NCBI GenBank assembly: GCA_029856045.1
Contig: JAHQWG010000012.1
Location: 140,110-204,109 of the forward strand
DNA: 64,000 bases
Direction: 5' to 3'
DNA from: Promethearchaeia archaeon
GTDB lineage: Archaea; Asgardarchaeota; Lokiarchaeia; Sigyniarchaeales; SOKP01
The notes below the pieces were generated by a model that worked only from the letters and a program-made list of their open reading frames with translations, made no database searches and was not told the origin of the DNA. Of this stretch, positions 20,952 to 30,270 are shown one piece after another. How positions within the stretch are numbered: position 1 is the stretch's first letter; each line of letters opens with the position of its first letter. The translations under genes were made by a program, and so were the position numbers.

Positions 20952-22199
20952 ATGCCTAAAAACGTTCTTGATATCGGATTTTTCAGTATGATGTATTCTC
21001 AAGTAAGTGGGATTGCAAAAGCTGTCAGAAGTTTAGCCGAAGCTATAGCAAGAACAGGGCACAGAGTCCATGTTTTTTCTCCCAAAATTCAAAATGGGGA
21101 ACCTAAACCAAAAAATCTATTTATTCATAGTATTGGTGGGTTTAGGGTAGGAACAAATCCAGAAATAATATTTTCACTCCCAATTCACAATTATTTTTTT
21201 CCTGAGCATGAATTTTTAAACATAAGCCATATTATGACTCCTGTAACTATTGGAGTGATGGGACTTAATTGGTCAAAATATTTAGGTATCCCACTGGTTG
21301 GAACTCATCATTCTCCACTTTCATATTATTCAGATACATATATTCCTATAGCAGGGAAGATAATGAGTAAGACTGGTTTTTTATGGGCATGGGAGAGACA
21401 TATTTGGCAAAAATTTGATTTGGTTTCTGTTCCAACTCCCTCAAAAAAGGAGTTATTACTTGAACACAGATTTTTTAAAAATCCAATTATAAGCTTAACG
21501 AATGGCATTGATGATTTCTACTTCCAAAAAGTTAATGGGAATGGTATTAGAGAAAAGTATAATCTCGGTGATAAAAAAGTTTTAGTTTATGCATCTCGTC
21601 AATCTCCTGAAAAAAACATTGAAAAAGTAGTAAAGGCATTTAAAAGAATACATAAAGAAATCCCTGATTCTCATTTATTATTAGTCGGAACAGGACCTGC
21701 TATGCAATCAATTAAACGTAGAATTAATTGGTACAAATTACAAAAGCATATAACACAAACAGGATACGTATCGGACATGGAATTACTAAATATTTATAAG
21801 ACAGCTGATGTATCATGTCTATACAGTTGGGTTGAAGCGGAGGGTTTAGTTTTATTAGAATCAATGGCTCAAGGTACTCCTTCAGTAGGTGCAAATGGAT
21901 GCGGTATTAAAGACGTGATAAGACATAAAAAAACAGGATTTCTCGTTAATAATTTGAAGGAATTTGAGAACAGAGTTATTCAATTATTTAAAGATGATGA
22001 TTTAAGAGCAGAGTTAAGTAAAAATTGTAAAAAATATGCAGATATGCATAGGATAGATGAAGTGGCAAAAATATGGATTGAAATTTACAAATTTACCATA
22101 AATGAATTATATCCTTTACGGTATTATAAAAGATCTAAAGAAGAAAGATTTCAGAAAGTCTTTGAATTTTCACAAAAAATCCCAGGTATTTCTTTTTAA
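20952..22199 (+). CDS. Glycosyltransferase family 4 (GT-B)
   Basis: SGIA, THH, NGID, SRQSPEKN, EAEGLVLLESMAQGTP. Confidence 0.93.
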   Translation: MPKNVLDIGFFSMMYSQVSGIAKAVRSLAEAIARTGHRVHVFSPKIQNGEPKPKNLFIHSIGGFRVGTNPEIIFSLPIHNYFFPEHEFLNISHIMTPVTIGVMGLNWSKYLGIPLVGTHHSPLSYYSDTYIPIAGKIMSKTGFLWAWERHIWQKFDLVSVPTPSKKELLLEHRFFKNPIISLTNGIDDFYFQKVNGNGIREKYNLGDKKVLVYASRQSPEKNIEKVVKAFKRIHKEIPDSHLLLVGTGPAMQSIKRRINWYKLQKHITQTGYVSDMELLNIYKTADVSCLYSWVEAEGLVLLESMAQGTPSVGANGCGIKDVIRHKKTGFLVNNLKEFENRVIQLFKDDDLRAELSKNCKKYADMHRIDEVAKIWIEIYKFTINELYPLRYYKRSKEERFQKVFEFSQKIPGISF

Positions 22200-22204
22200 A
22201 ATCT

Positions 22205-22510
22205 TTATTTAATATCTTTATATGATATTTGCTCTTCCTTGCTTTTTTCTAAAAATTTTGCAATTTCATTTTCAAAAATATAAAATTTCTCATTCTTAAA
22301 TGAGATAAAAGGAAAAGGTACCATTATTAATCCTTTCTCTAATTTAGGTAATTTCGAGATAATGCTTTTATTATCAGTCAATTTCACAATATATGAGATA
22401 ATTTTCCCTGTTTCTTTTGATACTACGAGGTCATCTAATTTACCGATTTTGGCTCCTTGCTGATTGAATATTATACTTCCACCCAAATGTTTTGATAATA
22501 AAATAGTCAT
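22205..22510 (-). CDS. PRC-barrel domain protein
   Basis: LLSKHLGGSIIFNQQGAKIGKLDDLVVSKETGKI...VPF pattern. Confidence 0.85.
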   Translation of the reverse strand: MTILLSKHLGGSIIFNQQGAKIGKLDDLVVSKETGKIISYIVKLTDNKSIISKLPKLEKGLIMVPFPFISFKNEKFYIFENEIAKFLEKSKEEQISYKDIK

Positions 22511-22658
22511 AATTAGAAAATATTAAATTTTATAATCTTAAAATTATTTAGGATTTTTTCTACATTATTTAAAAAAACAAAAAGAATTTGTATTTTAGTA
22601 TTCCTTTAATTCTTAATGTAATAGTTTTTAATAATTTTAAAAATATAAATAGAAGATA

Positions 22659-23723
22659 ATGCCTGAAAATAAGGAAAATATTAACAAGAAAGAAGAGAAA
22701 AATTCTGATACGAAAATAAATCTTGAGGAACAGAAAGAAAAGAACCTCGATGATAATAATGTTATTGAGGAAGAAATATCTGAACCAAGTTTCATGCCCA
22801 CATTTCAAGTTAAAGCAAAATATTTTCCAATCCCAATTATTGTGGTTGTAATCTTATCCGGAATTTTGGCTTATCTTAGCTATGTAATAGCTGGAATTCA
22901 ACTCGAAGGGGTAATCTTTCCTGAATCTGAATATGGAGGTATAGGTGCGTTATTAAATGGGCTAATATTTATTAGTTATGCAGCTATTACAAGTTTTATT
23001 ATAATATATGTTATTAAGAAAAAAGGAATTAATGCTTTAAAATACATATTTGCTTTCTCTTTTGCATTTTTATGCTTTTTTCTATTGATTCTCTATGGGG
23101 ATATAATTTTATGGCTAATAACTAGGGACATATTTGAAAATGAACTTTATATAATTGTCTCAAATATAATGTATGTATGTATAGGTGCCTTTACAATTCT
23201 TATAACATATAAATATGTAAAAGGAAATTCCTTTATAATTAAAAATTTCTTTGTTCTACTTATTGGCTTATTGATTGGGGCTTTTTTAGGAATGGTAATT
23301 CCACCAATTACCACTATAATTATTTTAATCCTAATTTCAATTTGGGATATTTACGCTGTTAAATCGAAACGAGGACCAATTAAAAAAATGTTTGATATTT
23401 TTTTTGAAAATTCTCCAAAAAAAGAAAAAATTAAAAAATTAGAAGAAAAAGTAGAAGATGGAGATTACGAGGTTGAATATGATATATCTTCTTTAGAAAT
23501 TGGTATTGGAGATTTAGCTTTTTACAGTATGCTAACCTCTCATGCAATAATTTTTACAAATAATGTTATAATTTTAATCGCAACAGCATGTGCTGTAATA
23601 TTAGGTACCGGAATTACAATCTTGGGATTAAAGAAAAATAAGATTTTACCCGGATTACCCATCTCTATATTTCTAGGATTAGGGACAATGTTATTAACCA
23701 ACTTGATTTTTTCAATTTTATAA
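22659..23723 (+). CDS. Presenilin-family GxGD intramembrane aspartyl protease
   Basis: About 9 TMs; catalytic WD (ISIWDIYAV..GP), GIGD, and a PAL-like LPGLP motif. Confidence 0.93.
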   Translation: MPENKENINKKEEKNSDTKINLEEQKEKNLDDNNVIEEEISEPSFMPTFQVKAKYFPIPIIVVVILSGILAYLSYVIAGIQLEGVIFPESEYGGIGALLNGLIFISYAAITSFIIIYVIKKKGINALKYIFAFSFAFLCFFLLILYGDIILWLITRDIFENELYIIVSNIMYVCIGAFTILITYKYVKGNSFIIKNFFVLLIGLLIGAFLGMVIPPITTIIILILISIWDIYAVKSKRGPIKKMFDIFFENSPKKEKIKKLEEKVEDGDYEVEYDISSLEIGIGDLAFYSMLTSHAIIFTNNVIILIATACAVILGTGITILGLKKNKILPGLPISIFLGLGTMLLTNLIFSIL

Positions 23724-23752
23724 AAAGATCATTTATTTATGGAGTGTTTATT

Positions 23753-24667
23753 ATGGGAAATATAAATTCAAATCAAGAAATAATAGAAAATTCTAAAATT
23801 TTAATAAATGTGGGAGATTGCACCAAGTGTAAAGCTTGTGTTAACGATTGTGTTCCCAGACTATTTTATTTCAAAGATGATAGGCTTCAAATAGCGAATA
23901 ATTTCGAAGAAGATTGTATTGAATGCGGTCATTGCGTAGCTATCTGCCCTGTTAATGTGATTCAATTAAAAACTCGTCCTTTAGATGGAGTGAAAGATCT
24001 TCCAGCAAAAGAAAAGGGAATAACTTACGATTCTTTATATAATCTTGTTCAAACTCGAAGGTCAATCCGACAATTCAAAGAAAAGCCAGTTCCAAAAGAA
24101 ACTATTGAAAAGATTTTAGAATTATCAAGACATTCTCCTACCGGTTCTAATACTGAAAATGTTCATTATACGGTCGTGAAAAATCCAGAATTACTTATAA
24201 AATTTTCAGAAGCTTTAACAAAAAATGTTTCTGAATTTATAAAAAAATATGAAGATCCTGAAGGGTTTATTTCGCTGAAAGCGTTATTAGGAGAAAAGAT
24301 GTTGAGAATCGTAGGGGAACAACTTGATTCTTTTAAAAGGATATTACTAGGAATTAAGGTTGGAATAGAATTTTGGCATTGGAATACAGAAATTATTATT
24401 ATTCATGCTCCTAAAGAAACGACATCCACTTTAGTAGAAGATTGCTCGTTAGCTGCTTGTCATATAATGTTGGCTGCAGAAACTTTGGGTTTAGCAACTT
24501 GCTCTTTAGGATATGCGACCTCTCTCTTAAATCAATTCAGTTCTGTTTCTGAATTAGTTAAAATCCCGAAAGGACATGTTGTAGGATATACATTATCAAT
24601 AGGGTATTCAAATGTTAAATATCATAGAATTCCAGCTCGGAAACCAGTAAGAGTTAAATGGCTTTAA
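23753..24667 (+). CDS. Nitroreductase family protein with N-terminal 2x[4Fe-4S] ferredoxin domain
   Basis: CTKCKACVNDC, CIECGHCVAICP, RRSIRQF, SPTGSN, LAAETLGL; GGAG upstream of ATG 23753. Confidence 0.92.
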   Translation: MGNINSNQEIIENSKILINVGDCTKCKACVNDCVPRLFYFKDDRLQIANNFEEDCIECGHCVAICPVNVIQLKTRPLDGVKDLPAKEKGITYDSLYNLVQTRRSIRQFKEKPVPKETIEKILELSRHSPTGSNTENVHYTVVKNPELLIKFSEALTKNVSEFIKKYEDPEGFISLKALLGEKMLRIVGEQLDSFKRILLGIKVGIEFWHWNTEIIIIHAPKETTSTLVEDCSLAACHIMLAAETLGLATCSLGYATSLLNQFSSVSELVKIPKGHVVGYTLSIGYSNVKYHRIPARKPVRVKWL

Positions 24668-24778
24668 AACTTATCGATAATTATTATTTTAAGCAAAGAA
24701 TAAGAATTAGTTTTCACACCAAATAATTTATTAAGAGAAATGGTGAAATAGGTTTTATTAAAAAAAAAGAAGATAAAT

Positions 24779-24842
24779 ATCTGTAAATGGTGTCAAGAAC
24801 ACGGCACCGGTAAAAAATGATATCTTAATGCTAAAAATTGCT
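24779..24842 (+). pseudogene. Relic of the N-terminus of a Fe-S protein gene (MCxxCxxHGxGKKWYLNAKN type)
   Basis: Translates (I)CKWCQEHGTGKK*YLNAKNC; TGA at 24818 in the expected Trp position; rest of the gene absent. Confidence 0.55.
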
Positions 24843-24867
24843 ATAATTTAAAAAATTCGAGATTAAA

Positions 24868-25260
24868 ATGAGTATAATAAATCAGCCTAAGGATATTTTA
24901 GGTTTAGCATTAAAAAATTTACTTACACCAATGCTAAATGAGGAAAAAATTTTAAAGAAAATTAAGAATTGGCATCGAATAATCGTAGTTGAACTAATTG
25001 GATTATATGAAATAACCCTTATTTTTAATAATTCAGAAATTACTATTGAATATGGAGAGAAACCAAAATATGATTTAAAAATAAGAATGACACTTGATGC
25101 TTTAATAGCTATAACCGAGGGGAGAATGGGGTTAATCTCTGCTTTTTTAAGAAGAAAATTAAAAGTAAAAAAAATTTACCGCATTTTTACAATAAATAAA
25201 TTTCAAAGTATTTTAGTTAAAGCATTACATTTGGCAAATAAAACTTATGTGGAGGCTTAA
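24868..25260 (+). CDS. SCP2 sterol/lipid-binding domain protein
   Basis: ITIEYGE-x-PKYDLKI...G-x5-AFLRRKLKV pattern. Confidence 0.75.
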   Translation: MSIINQPKDILGLALKNLLTPMLNEEKILKKIKNWHRIIVVELIGLYEITLIFNNSEITIEYGEKPKYDLKIRMTLDALIAITEGRMGLISAFLRRKLKVKKIYRIFTINKFQSILVKALHLANKTYVEA

Positions 25261-25262
25261 AT

Positions 25263-26738
25263 TTGACAACCATTAAAGAAAGAAATATTTTTGAAAGGAT
25301 AGAGAAAGAAAAAATATTAAATGGATTAATAAGGATATTTGGAAAATCTAATGTTTCTGATAGGCAACATGATTTATATCCCTACTCCTATGATATGACT
25401 GAAGCAACACCACATATGCCGGATTTTGTTGTAATTCCTGAAACTGTAAACCAAATTATTTCTTTAGTAAATTTTTGTAATGAGTATTCAATCCCAATTG
25501 TTCCCTATATTAGCGGAAATAACGTAGGAGGTCTCACAATTCCAAATGAAGGTGGAATTATTTTAGATATGGGTAAAAAAATGAATAAAATTATCAAAAT
25601 TCATGAATCGATGATGTACGCCATATTAGAACCTGGTGTGACATTCGGACAATTAAAAAAAAATTTAGATGAGAACCATCCTAACCTGAAATACGGCTAT
25701 ACAATGGCCCCACCATATGCTAGCGTTGTTGGAAACGCTCTCTTATCCGGATTATCAAATTTAAGTGGTTCCTATGGAAGTATGGCAGATTGGGTAAATG
25801 GGTTGGAAATTATTCTAAATAATGGGGATTTAGTTAGAACAGGCTCATGTTTTATCTCTAAGGAATTTAAACCCAATAATTGGTTTGCGCGATATCCAAT
25901 TCCCGACTTAACCGGTTTATTTATTTGTTGGCAAGGAATGACCGGAATTGTAACTAAATGTGCTATCCAATTATGGCCTAAAAAGGAATATAATAAGGTA
26001 TTATTAGGAATTGTTTATGGACATGAGGAATGTGCTGAAATTATTAGAGAATTGGGTAGAATTGAAGTTTGTGAGGATATTTCTGCAATTAATTCAGAAA
26101 TAGCAAAAATGACGTATGGCTTGATTAAACCTAAAAAGTTTGAAAAAGAACCAGATTATGTAGTTTTAATATCCATTTCAGGTCATACGAAAGAATTACT
26201 AAATGCTAAAATAAATTACGTGAGAAAGGTTTTTAAGAAAATAAAGGAAAGAGTTAAAAATAAAATATTCCTTACAAATTTCTTCACCTTCGCTAATATT
26301 TTAGGACCTGAATTTAGAATGTTCTACGATATTCCCAGCGTAATAACTCCTCTTTATGAATGGGATGGATTAACTTGGATCGGGAGTTATGCAAACCCAG
26401 ATCATCTTGGACCCCTTATGGAGAAATGTTATAACTTATTTAACCAATATGGAATTGGTCCAATAATTTATATGAAAAGCATGAAATCAGCCCATTATTG
26501 TGTTTTCAGACCAATTATTCGATATAATAAGAAAAAAGAGCAAGCAATAGTAGAAAAACTACAAAAAGAATTTTTAAAAGTTATGCTTGAATACGATTGT
26601 GTGCCCTATAAAACACCAGTGTGGATGACAGAAAAAATAAGAGAAAGGTGTGACCCAAATTGGATTAAATTATTAGAACGAATTAAAAATGCAATGGATC
26701 CCAATAATATCTTTAATCCGGGAAAATGGGGATTATGA
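25263..26738 (+). CDS. FAD-binding oxidoreductase (VAO/GlcD/alkyl-DHAP-synthase-like)
   Basis: PDFVVIP, EPGVTFGQL, PDLTGLF..QGMTGIVTK, C-terminal MDPNNIFNPGK. Confidence 0.9.
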   Translation: MTTIKERNIFERIEKEKILNGLIRIFGKSNVSDRQHDLYPYSYDMTEATPHMPDFVVIPETVNQIISLVNFCNEYSIPIVPYISGNNVGGLTIPNEGGIILDMGKKMNKIIKIHESMMYAILEPGVTFGQLKKNLDENHPNLKYGYTMAPPYASVVGNALLSGLSNLSGSYGSMADWVNGLEIILNNGDLVRTGSCFISKEFKPNNWFARYPIPDLTGLFICWQGMTGIVTKCAIQLWPKKEYNKVLLGIVYGHEECAEIIRELGRIEVCEDISAINSEIAKMTYGLIKPKKFEKEPDYVVLISISGHTKELLNAKINYVRKVFKKIKERVKNKIFLTNFFTFANILGPEFRMFYDIPSVITPLYEWDGLTWIGSYANPDHLGPLMEKCYNLFNQYGIGPIIYMKSMKSAHYCVFRPIIRYNKKKEQAIVEKLQKEFLKVMLEYDCVPYKTPVWMTEKIRERCDPNWIKLLERIKNAMDPNNIFNPGKWGL

Positions 26739-26830
26739 TTTTTTAACAAAAGAATGTTTAAAAAAAAAAATTAAATAAAATTTAGAATCCAAACAGATAC
26801 TGAGATTTCTTTAGTTTTTTTTTCATAGAT

Positions 26831-27154
26831 TTATGGAGGAACCAATGGCCATGGAGTATATAATTCCCATTGGCTACTCTGGATAATCAATTGTGATTCA
26901 GCTGTAAGTTTCTGATACTCAGGATCCAAGACAGCTTTTGTTACCGTTTTTTCCATTTTAGCCATACTCTCCCATTGGAATTCTATAATAAGGGTACTCA
27001 TATCTTGGGTCCCGATTAAGTGACGATATCGCTTCTTGTTGTCAGGAAATCCAAGCTTCTTTTCGATTTCATTGAATTTTTTGTTAATCTCTTCTAACTC
27101 ATCCCATTTATCCTGATAAATTTTCTGAATTTGACGCCATATAACTATTACCAT
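26831..27154 (-). CDS. Small hypothetical protein, possibly NIPSNAP/dimeric alpha-beta barrel fold
   Basis: EFQWESMAKME...DPEYQKL pattern; GGTGA SD upstream. Confidence 0.65.
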   Translation of the reverse strand: MVIVIWRQIQKIYQDKWDELEEINKKFNEIEKKLGFPDNKKRYRHLIGTQDMSTLIIEFQWESMAKMEKTVTKAVLDPEYQKLTAESQLIIQSSQWELYTPWPLVPP

Positions 27155-27282
27155 TTAATTTCACCTTTTAAAAAATGAATAAATTCATTTTCAAACATAA
27201 TTTAACAAAGGATCTATTTATATTTTTGTACAAAAATATTTTTCTGATCGCTCTGTTTAGAACGCCGCAAACCTTATAAATG

Positions 27283-28044
27283 TTAAAAGAGTTTCTGATC
27301 TTTAATTTCTTTTATTCTTTTTTCACGCTCTTCTTTTATCTCTTTTAATTCTTGCGGATCAATTGGTTTCAAAGGATTTCCTTTATTGAGTGCTTCTTTT
27401 AATTCCGCAACTACTGCACGAAAAGCATTTTCTTTAGGATTAAGGTGTGTTTTTGCCGTTGGTGGTCTTTTTATCCGTTTTATTTCGATATCACTATGAA
27501 CTCTAGGAATTTGAGCTAAATTTGGATTTGAAGGTAACGCAGGTAAGTATGGAATATTAGTAAGCACTTTAGAGACAAGATCTTTAAAGACTTTACTTTC
27601 CAAAATCTCTTTCTCTTTCGTTAAATTTATGTTTTCTTCTCTTATATCTTGAATTTCTTTATTTTTCTGTATTTCAATCTCTTTAATTTTATCCTTCTGA
27701 TACTGAATAAAATGTTTTAATTTCCCTAATTTATCATTTGATATTTCTATTGCATTCAATATAGTTTGGTTATTTATATCTATACTTCTTACTAACTGTT
27801 CCTCCTCATTGAGTAAGTGTTTTTCAAGGTGTTTATTTTTCTCCTTTTCTATAAGAATTCCATCATTTTTGCAAATTTTTTTGAGAATTTGTATGTATTC
27901 ATTATAATTCTCCAGCTGTACCCCAGGATCCATTCCATATCGCGGATCATAATCAATATTAGGGATATTTTTTTCTTTTAAATACTCGAGATGTTCTTTG
28001 GGTATTTTTCTTTTTGTTTTTTCTTCCATTTGTTGGAATTTCAA
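27283..28044 (-). CDS. Hypothetical coiled-coil protein with Pro-rich linker and WH2-like motif
   Basis: Coiled coil, then PYLPALPSNP..RPPT, then AVVAELKEALNKGNPLKPID. Confidence 0.65.
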   Translation of the reverse strand: MKFQQMEEKTKRKIPKEHLEYLKEKNIPNIDYDPRYGMDPGVQLENYNEYIQILKKICKNDGILIEKEKNKHLEKHLLNEEEQLVRSIDINNQTILNAIEISNDKLGKLKHFIQYQKDKIKEIEIQKNKEIQDIREENINLTKEKEILESKVFKDLVSKVLTNIPYLPALPSNPNLAQIPRVHSDIEIKRIKRPPTAKTHLNPKENAFRAVVAELKEALNKGNPLKPIDPQELKEIKEEREKRIKEIKDQKLF

Positions 28045-28388
28045 TTAAATATCTTTTTGATTATATAGAATCAAGTAAGGTAATATATATAACAAGAAAG
28101 ACTATTAATTTAGTAATAATTCTAATTATCAATCAATATATTTCCGAGAAATAAAGCCAATCCATAAATTTTTTAAATATTTTCCCGGAATTTTTTCAAT
28201 GGATAAACTAAGTTTTACTAATTCAATAATGAATAAATTGGTAAGTTTAAAAATTGGACTTGATGAGTTTGAAATTTCAAACATAACTTTTTAAATTTTT
28301 TTTAATTCTTAAAATTAAATTTAGTTGGCATTAAGAATCTTTTAAAGGTCGTTAAAAAATAACAGAAAATGATAACATTCAAGAACCA

Positions 28389-28631
28389 ATGAGTGGCTAT
28401 GAAAAAATTGTCACTTTTTTCAATAACATGGAAGAAAACCATCCAGTTTCCATTAAAGAGATCGAAGATAACACAAATTTATCATGGACTTACATAAAAA
28501 AGGTTCTTTTCAAAATAGAAGATAACTATCACTTAAATCTTAGAAAATCTGGAGGTACATGGATTGTATGGAAAGAACCGGGCCATTTAAGGCGTAGACT
28601 TAAAGATTCTTGCAGTCAATATTTAAAATAA
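28389..28631 (+). CDS. Small winged-HTH protein
   Basis: VSIKEIEDNTNLSWTYIKKVL helix-turn-helix plus a wing (RKSGGTWIVW). Confidence 0.7.
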   Translation: MSGYEKIVTFFNNMEENHPVSIKEIEDNTNLSWTYIKKVLFKIEDNYHLNLRKSGGTWIVWKEPGHLRRRLKDSCSQYLK

Positions 28632-28664
28632 AAAGATACAATTGTAGATTAAAGTGGATAAGAA

Positions 28665-29609
28665 ATGTTAAAAGTTGAAAAATCTTCTCCTGATTTGGAG
28701 ACTGAAGTTATTTACAATGGAAAATGTGCCCATTGTGGCACTTGCGGAGCTTTTTGCCATCATATAGCGTATGATGATGTTGGACTTCCACAATTTGAAT
28801 TTGAATGCCAAGAAACAATCGGTTTATGTTATAATAGTTGTCCTAGAACAGACCTTCCGTTAGGAAAAATAGATGAAATGCTTTTTGGTCAGAAAAGAGC
28901 AGATATGGCTCTTGGGTTTTATAAAGACATAATCTCTGTAAAAACTAAAAAAGCAGCTTCTGTTTTATTAGGTTTAATTGAAGCAGCATTTTCTGAAAAA
29001 ATGATTGACGCAATGGTTTTACCGAAGGATGCTACGAAAATTAAAGGAAAAAATAACAATATCCCAGTTGTCGTAAAAGCTGCTAAAGAAGCTAAAAAAT
29101 ATATCCCCGAAAGAAGCCTTCAATTAGCAGGTCCATTAGTCACTGGTATCGGTGAAGCATGGGAAAATGGTGCTAATAAAATTGGGTTTCTTGGAAATCC
29201 TTGCCATCTTACAGGAGTTAGTAAAGTCATGCTTTCTCCGTTTAGTACTGGGGCAAATTATACAACATTAAAGATTGGGTTTATGTGCGCTTCTGGAGGG
29301 TTGCCGGGTTGTAAATTTTGCGTGGATTTCGCTGCTGAGCATTCAGATTTATCAGTTGGAACAATGGGTGCAGAAAAAGAAGAAACTCTAGTAATTATTA
29401 GAAATAAAACAGGTCAAGATCTTATTGATGCCGCAATAAAAGGGGGTCAGATTGAAATTGCGAATAAGACTCCAGATTTAATAAAGTTGAAAGAACTTAC
29501 AAATAGAAAGAAGAGAAAAAATATTCAGACTTTAATTGGATCTGATATGGCTAAAATACATTACTTGGGTCTCACACTTGAAGATCTGAAATATTTTATG
29601 AGTGAATAA
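28665..29609 (+). CDS. Coenzyme F420 hydrogenase/dehydrogenase beta-subunit (FrhB/FdhB) family protein, shortened
   Basis: CAHCGTCGAFC, CYNSCPR, GNPCH, GFMC, GCKFCVDFAAEHSDLSVG. Confidence 0.85.
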   Translation: MLKVEKSSPDLETEVIYNGKCAHCGTCGAFCHHIAYDDVGLPQFEFECQETIGLCYNSCPRTDLPLGKIDEMLFGQKRADMALGFYKDIISVKTKKAASVLLGLIEAAFSEKMIDAMVLPKDATKIKGKNNNIPVVVKAAKEAKKYIPERSLQLAGPLVTGIGEAWENGANKIGFLGNPCHLTGVSKVMLSPFSTGANYTTLKIGFMCASGGLPGCKFCVDFAAEHSDLSVGTMGAEKEETLVIIRNKTGQDLIDAAIKGGQIEIANKTPDLIKLKELTNRKKRKNIQTLIGSDMAKIHYLGLTLEDLKYFMSE

Positions 29610-29648
29610 ACCCTATTTTTTTTTTTTCCTTTTTATATTAAAATTACC

Positions 29649-30182
29649 TTATATATTTTTATTCATCTTATCTTTAATTTTTCTGACTAGTTGTTCAAAG
29701 ACGTCTTTATTGTTTTCCCCTGTTTTAGAAGAAGTTTCAATATAACCCTCAATATTATGTGATTTTTGAAATTCTAATACTTCTTCAAAATCTATAGCGC
29801 CTTTTGCTTTCACTAAATCGCATTTAGAACCAACTAAAATAATAGTAAGATGTTTTGAATTTTGTGTTACTATCTCATACCACTCATTCAATTTTTTAAA
29901 GGTTGAATATCTAGCGAGATCAAAAACTAAGAGAGCGCCTACTGCACCTTTACAATAAGAAGGAAGGAAGAATCTAAACCTCTTTTCTCCCGCAAAATCC
30001 CAGAGCTGTAATTTATACGGATTATCATCGATCTCCAAGTCATATGAGGCTAAATCCGCACCTATTGTGAGCTTTTGGGGCATATACTTTTGGTAACATA
30101 ACCGGCGGATCATTGTGGTTTTTCCTACGCCACCTTCACCTAGAACAACAATTTTAAATACATATAAAGGTTTATTGCTCAT
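29649..30182 (-). CDS. Rab-like small GTPase
   Basis: FKIVVLGEGGVGKT, TIGAD, LQLWDFAGEKRF, GSKCDL, ETSSKTG. Confidence 0.95.
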   Translation of the reverse strand: MSNKPLYVFKIVVLGEGGVGKTTMIRRLCYQKYMPQKLTIGADLASYDLEIDDNPYKLQLWDFAGEKRFRFFLPSYCKGAVGALLVFDLARYSTFKKLNEWYEIVTQNSKHLTIILVGSKCDLVKAKGAIDFEEVLEFQKSHNIEGYIETSSKTGENNKDVFEQLVRKIKDKMNKNI

Positions 30183-30270
30183 TTTCGAATTTTTTATTAT
30201 TATACCTATTAGAGATAAATGATTCTTCTATAATATATGGAAAATATTTATGTTATTTATAAATTTATAA

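Noticed and set aside
24818-24820. In-frame TGA as selenocysteine or as UGA=Trp recoding
   Set aside because: The position corresponds to Trp, not Cys; the frame ends shortly afterwards; TGA is a genuine stop elsewhere (1504, 26738, 44548); no SECIS-like hairpin was recognised
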